Origin: Tricharina praecox | Taxonomy: Eukaryota | Direction: 5' to 3' | Assembly (NCBI RefSeq): GCF_024521635.1 | Contig: NW_026250426.1 | Location: forward strand, 62,001 to 126,000 | DNA: 64,000 nt | Part shown: positions 62,050-64,000 of the stretch, in pieces | Layout: the number at the start of each line of letters is the position of its first letter | How positions within the stretch are numbered: position 1 is the stretch's first letter | Translations under genes and position numbers: made by a program | Notes under the pieces: model-generated | Told to the model about the DNA's origin: nothing | Database searches by the model: none | Seen by the model: the letters and a program-made list of their open reading frames with translations, nothing else

Positions 62050-62150
62050 TAGATGGTAGATGGTAGATGTCGACACACATTGCGTCTGGGTCGGTAAATA
62101 AACAATTACTGGTAGATAGATGTCGACACATATTGCGTCCGGGTCGGTAA
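62050..62150. repeat. Direct repeat of about 40 bp, 2 copies
   Basis: TAGATGTCGACACA(C/T)ATTGCGTC(T/C)GGGTCGGTAA occurs twice. Confidence 0.85.
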
Positions 62151-64000
62151 CTAAACCCAGAGATAGATAGAGAGAGTACGGTACTCGCGGACAAGTCGCT
62201 ACCGTACGGGTATTTACTACCAACTACTACTACTACTACAACAACAACTACCAGTACGTACGTACATGCGTACGTGCGTGCGTGGAGATGAATGGATTGA
62301 GCAGAGTGGACGTCCGGAGTAGAGTACCTACTCTACTCTACTATCCACAGCTACATACTTGACTCGACTCTAGTCCAGCCCGACCCGGAACATCGGCAGT
62401 GGGGTGGCTTGCTTGCGTGCCTGCGCAACAAATCTCGCGTCGTTTCGTTCGCAATGTCTCGCGGCGTCTCACGGTGTCTCGCAAACAGTTGCGCGAGGGG
62501 GATGATGATGATGAGGAGAGGTGTTCTGCATGGAGCGCTGGTGGTGGTGATGGTGGTGGTGGCGGTGGTGGTGGAAGCATCCGAGAACGAGACTACATAT
62601 GTAGAGTACATACGCCGATTTCCAGATTTCACGATGGCCGGGATGGGTTGGATCATACATATCATCGACTCGAGCGAGGGCCCATCGCATCCTTAACTCT
62701 AGTAGAGTGCGTGGGGGGTCGGATATGGGGGGAAAGCTGCTAAGCGGCCTGCCTGCCTGCCTGCCAACATGCTTGTCTTACTTGCATTATTTGAAAACTT
62801 TTTTTTTTTTGGAAATTTGAAATTTGAAATTTGAAATTATTCTCCTTAAGCTTTCTATTCTTGTCGTTGTTGGTCCGCAATTGTTTCCGTTATTTCCTTC
62901 CGATTTCTCGATTTCTCGATTGGCTGGATAAATGAGACTTATTTACTCGACCGTCTCTGGAGTCTAGATATCGTTGATGGCCGACTGGGCTGGGCTGGGG
63001 AGCAACGTACGCTACTAACTAATAGCCCTGGCGATAGCCTCGGCGTGGGGCCAATCGGTCCGCAGAAACTAGAGACCAGTTGTAGAGACCAGTTGCAGTC
63101 TTGACTGTTGCAGAGGAGGCAGCCAGCGATCAAAGCACTGCGACTCGCGAGTCTGCGAATTCCAGAACATCTCAGCGAGCATGTAAAAATAGGTGGATGG
63201 GTGTGGAGCATGGGCCATGTTGGGTGGTGGTTCGGTAAGTACCGTATGTAGACTCTACTCCAGTCAAGTCTTGACCAACTGTCCAGTCCCGACTTCTGAA
63301 GACATGGAGGGCATGGAGGTCATGGAGGGCTGGCTGGCTGGCTGCAGTACATACTCTACTCTAGAGTTTGTGTAGTACTCGAGTATAGGGGCAAGTGCTG
63401 CCTCACCAGGTTTTCCCCCATACAACTTAGCGTTTTTCCGCCATGCAACTTAGTCACAGCCACTCACTCATTTCATTGTATCTGGCTTAGTGCACCCCTA
63501 ATATAGACTAGTACTTGTAATTCGTAATGGTGGTGAGGCACTACTTATTGGCAGCTCCTGGTACATACAAGTGCAATCCCGAAGATCTACGTTACCGCAA
63601 CGGCGGAGGCGGCGCGCCGCCGCCGCCGTGTCGAATGAAAGTCTCGCGATACCGGTAGATAAGTTTGAACCACCTACCACCGCCCACCACCACCCCATAA
63701 CGACAACGACAACGACAACGACATTGAAAGTCCGTCGAACCCGGAGTCGAATCGACATCGACATCCGCCTTGATCGCGCGGTGGCAATTGGATTGGATTG
63801 GAGTGGATTGGATTGGATTGCCGCTCCCGATCCTCACAGGCTCCCGAGTACCAAACCCCACATGGCGTGGATACTAGGTGTTCTAGAGTACATACGGAGA
63901 TAGTTACTTACGAGTAACTCCTCCTGGCCTTCGTCCATGCACAGCGAAGTTGGGTTGTGACTATGGTTGGGGTTGGTCGTTGGTCGGTGGTTGCTGGATC

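Overview
Eukaryotic, intron-containing fungal DNA from a filamentous ascomycete (Pezizomycetes-like, by inference from gene style). Bases 1-38.8 kb are a dense run of mostly housekeeping genes: a partial Yvc1/TRP-type channel, U2A'/LEA1, an arrestin-like gene, ELP4, cnxE/gephyrin, a Nudix hydrolase, a divergent Trf4/Cid1-type nucleotidyltransferase, HSK3, an intron-containing tRNA-Ile, CNL1, a Pof8/LARP7-like La-xRRM gene, SEN1, RPB8, nimA and FMP46, plus a probable transposase relic. Bases 40-52.6 kb hold an atypical cytochrome P450, an apparent three-gene copper-acquisition cluster (Cys-rich metalloreductase, Ctr transporter, GPI-anchored BIM1/X325-like His-brace protein) and an ankyrin-BTB gene. 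The two divergent promoters around the copper genes share three TGCT-core motifs, and the copper genes plus the BTB gene are bracketed by two inverted copies of a minisatellite-containing repeat. The right end has a small conserved gene, tRNA-Gly and about 8 kb of repeat-rich, mostly non-coding DNA. Gene models were spliced by eye (GT..branch..AG), and family calls rest on motifs recalled from memory, not on database searches.
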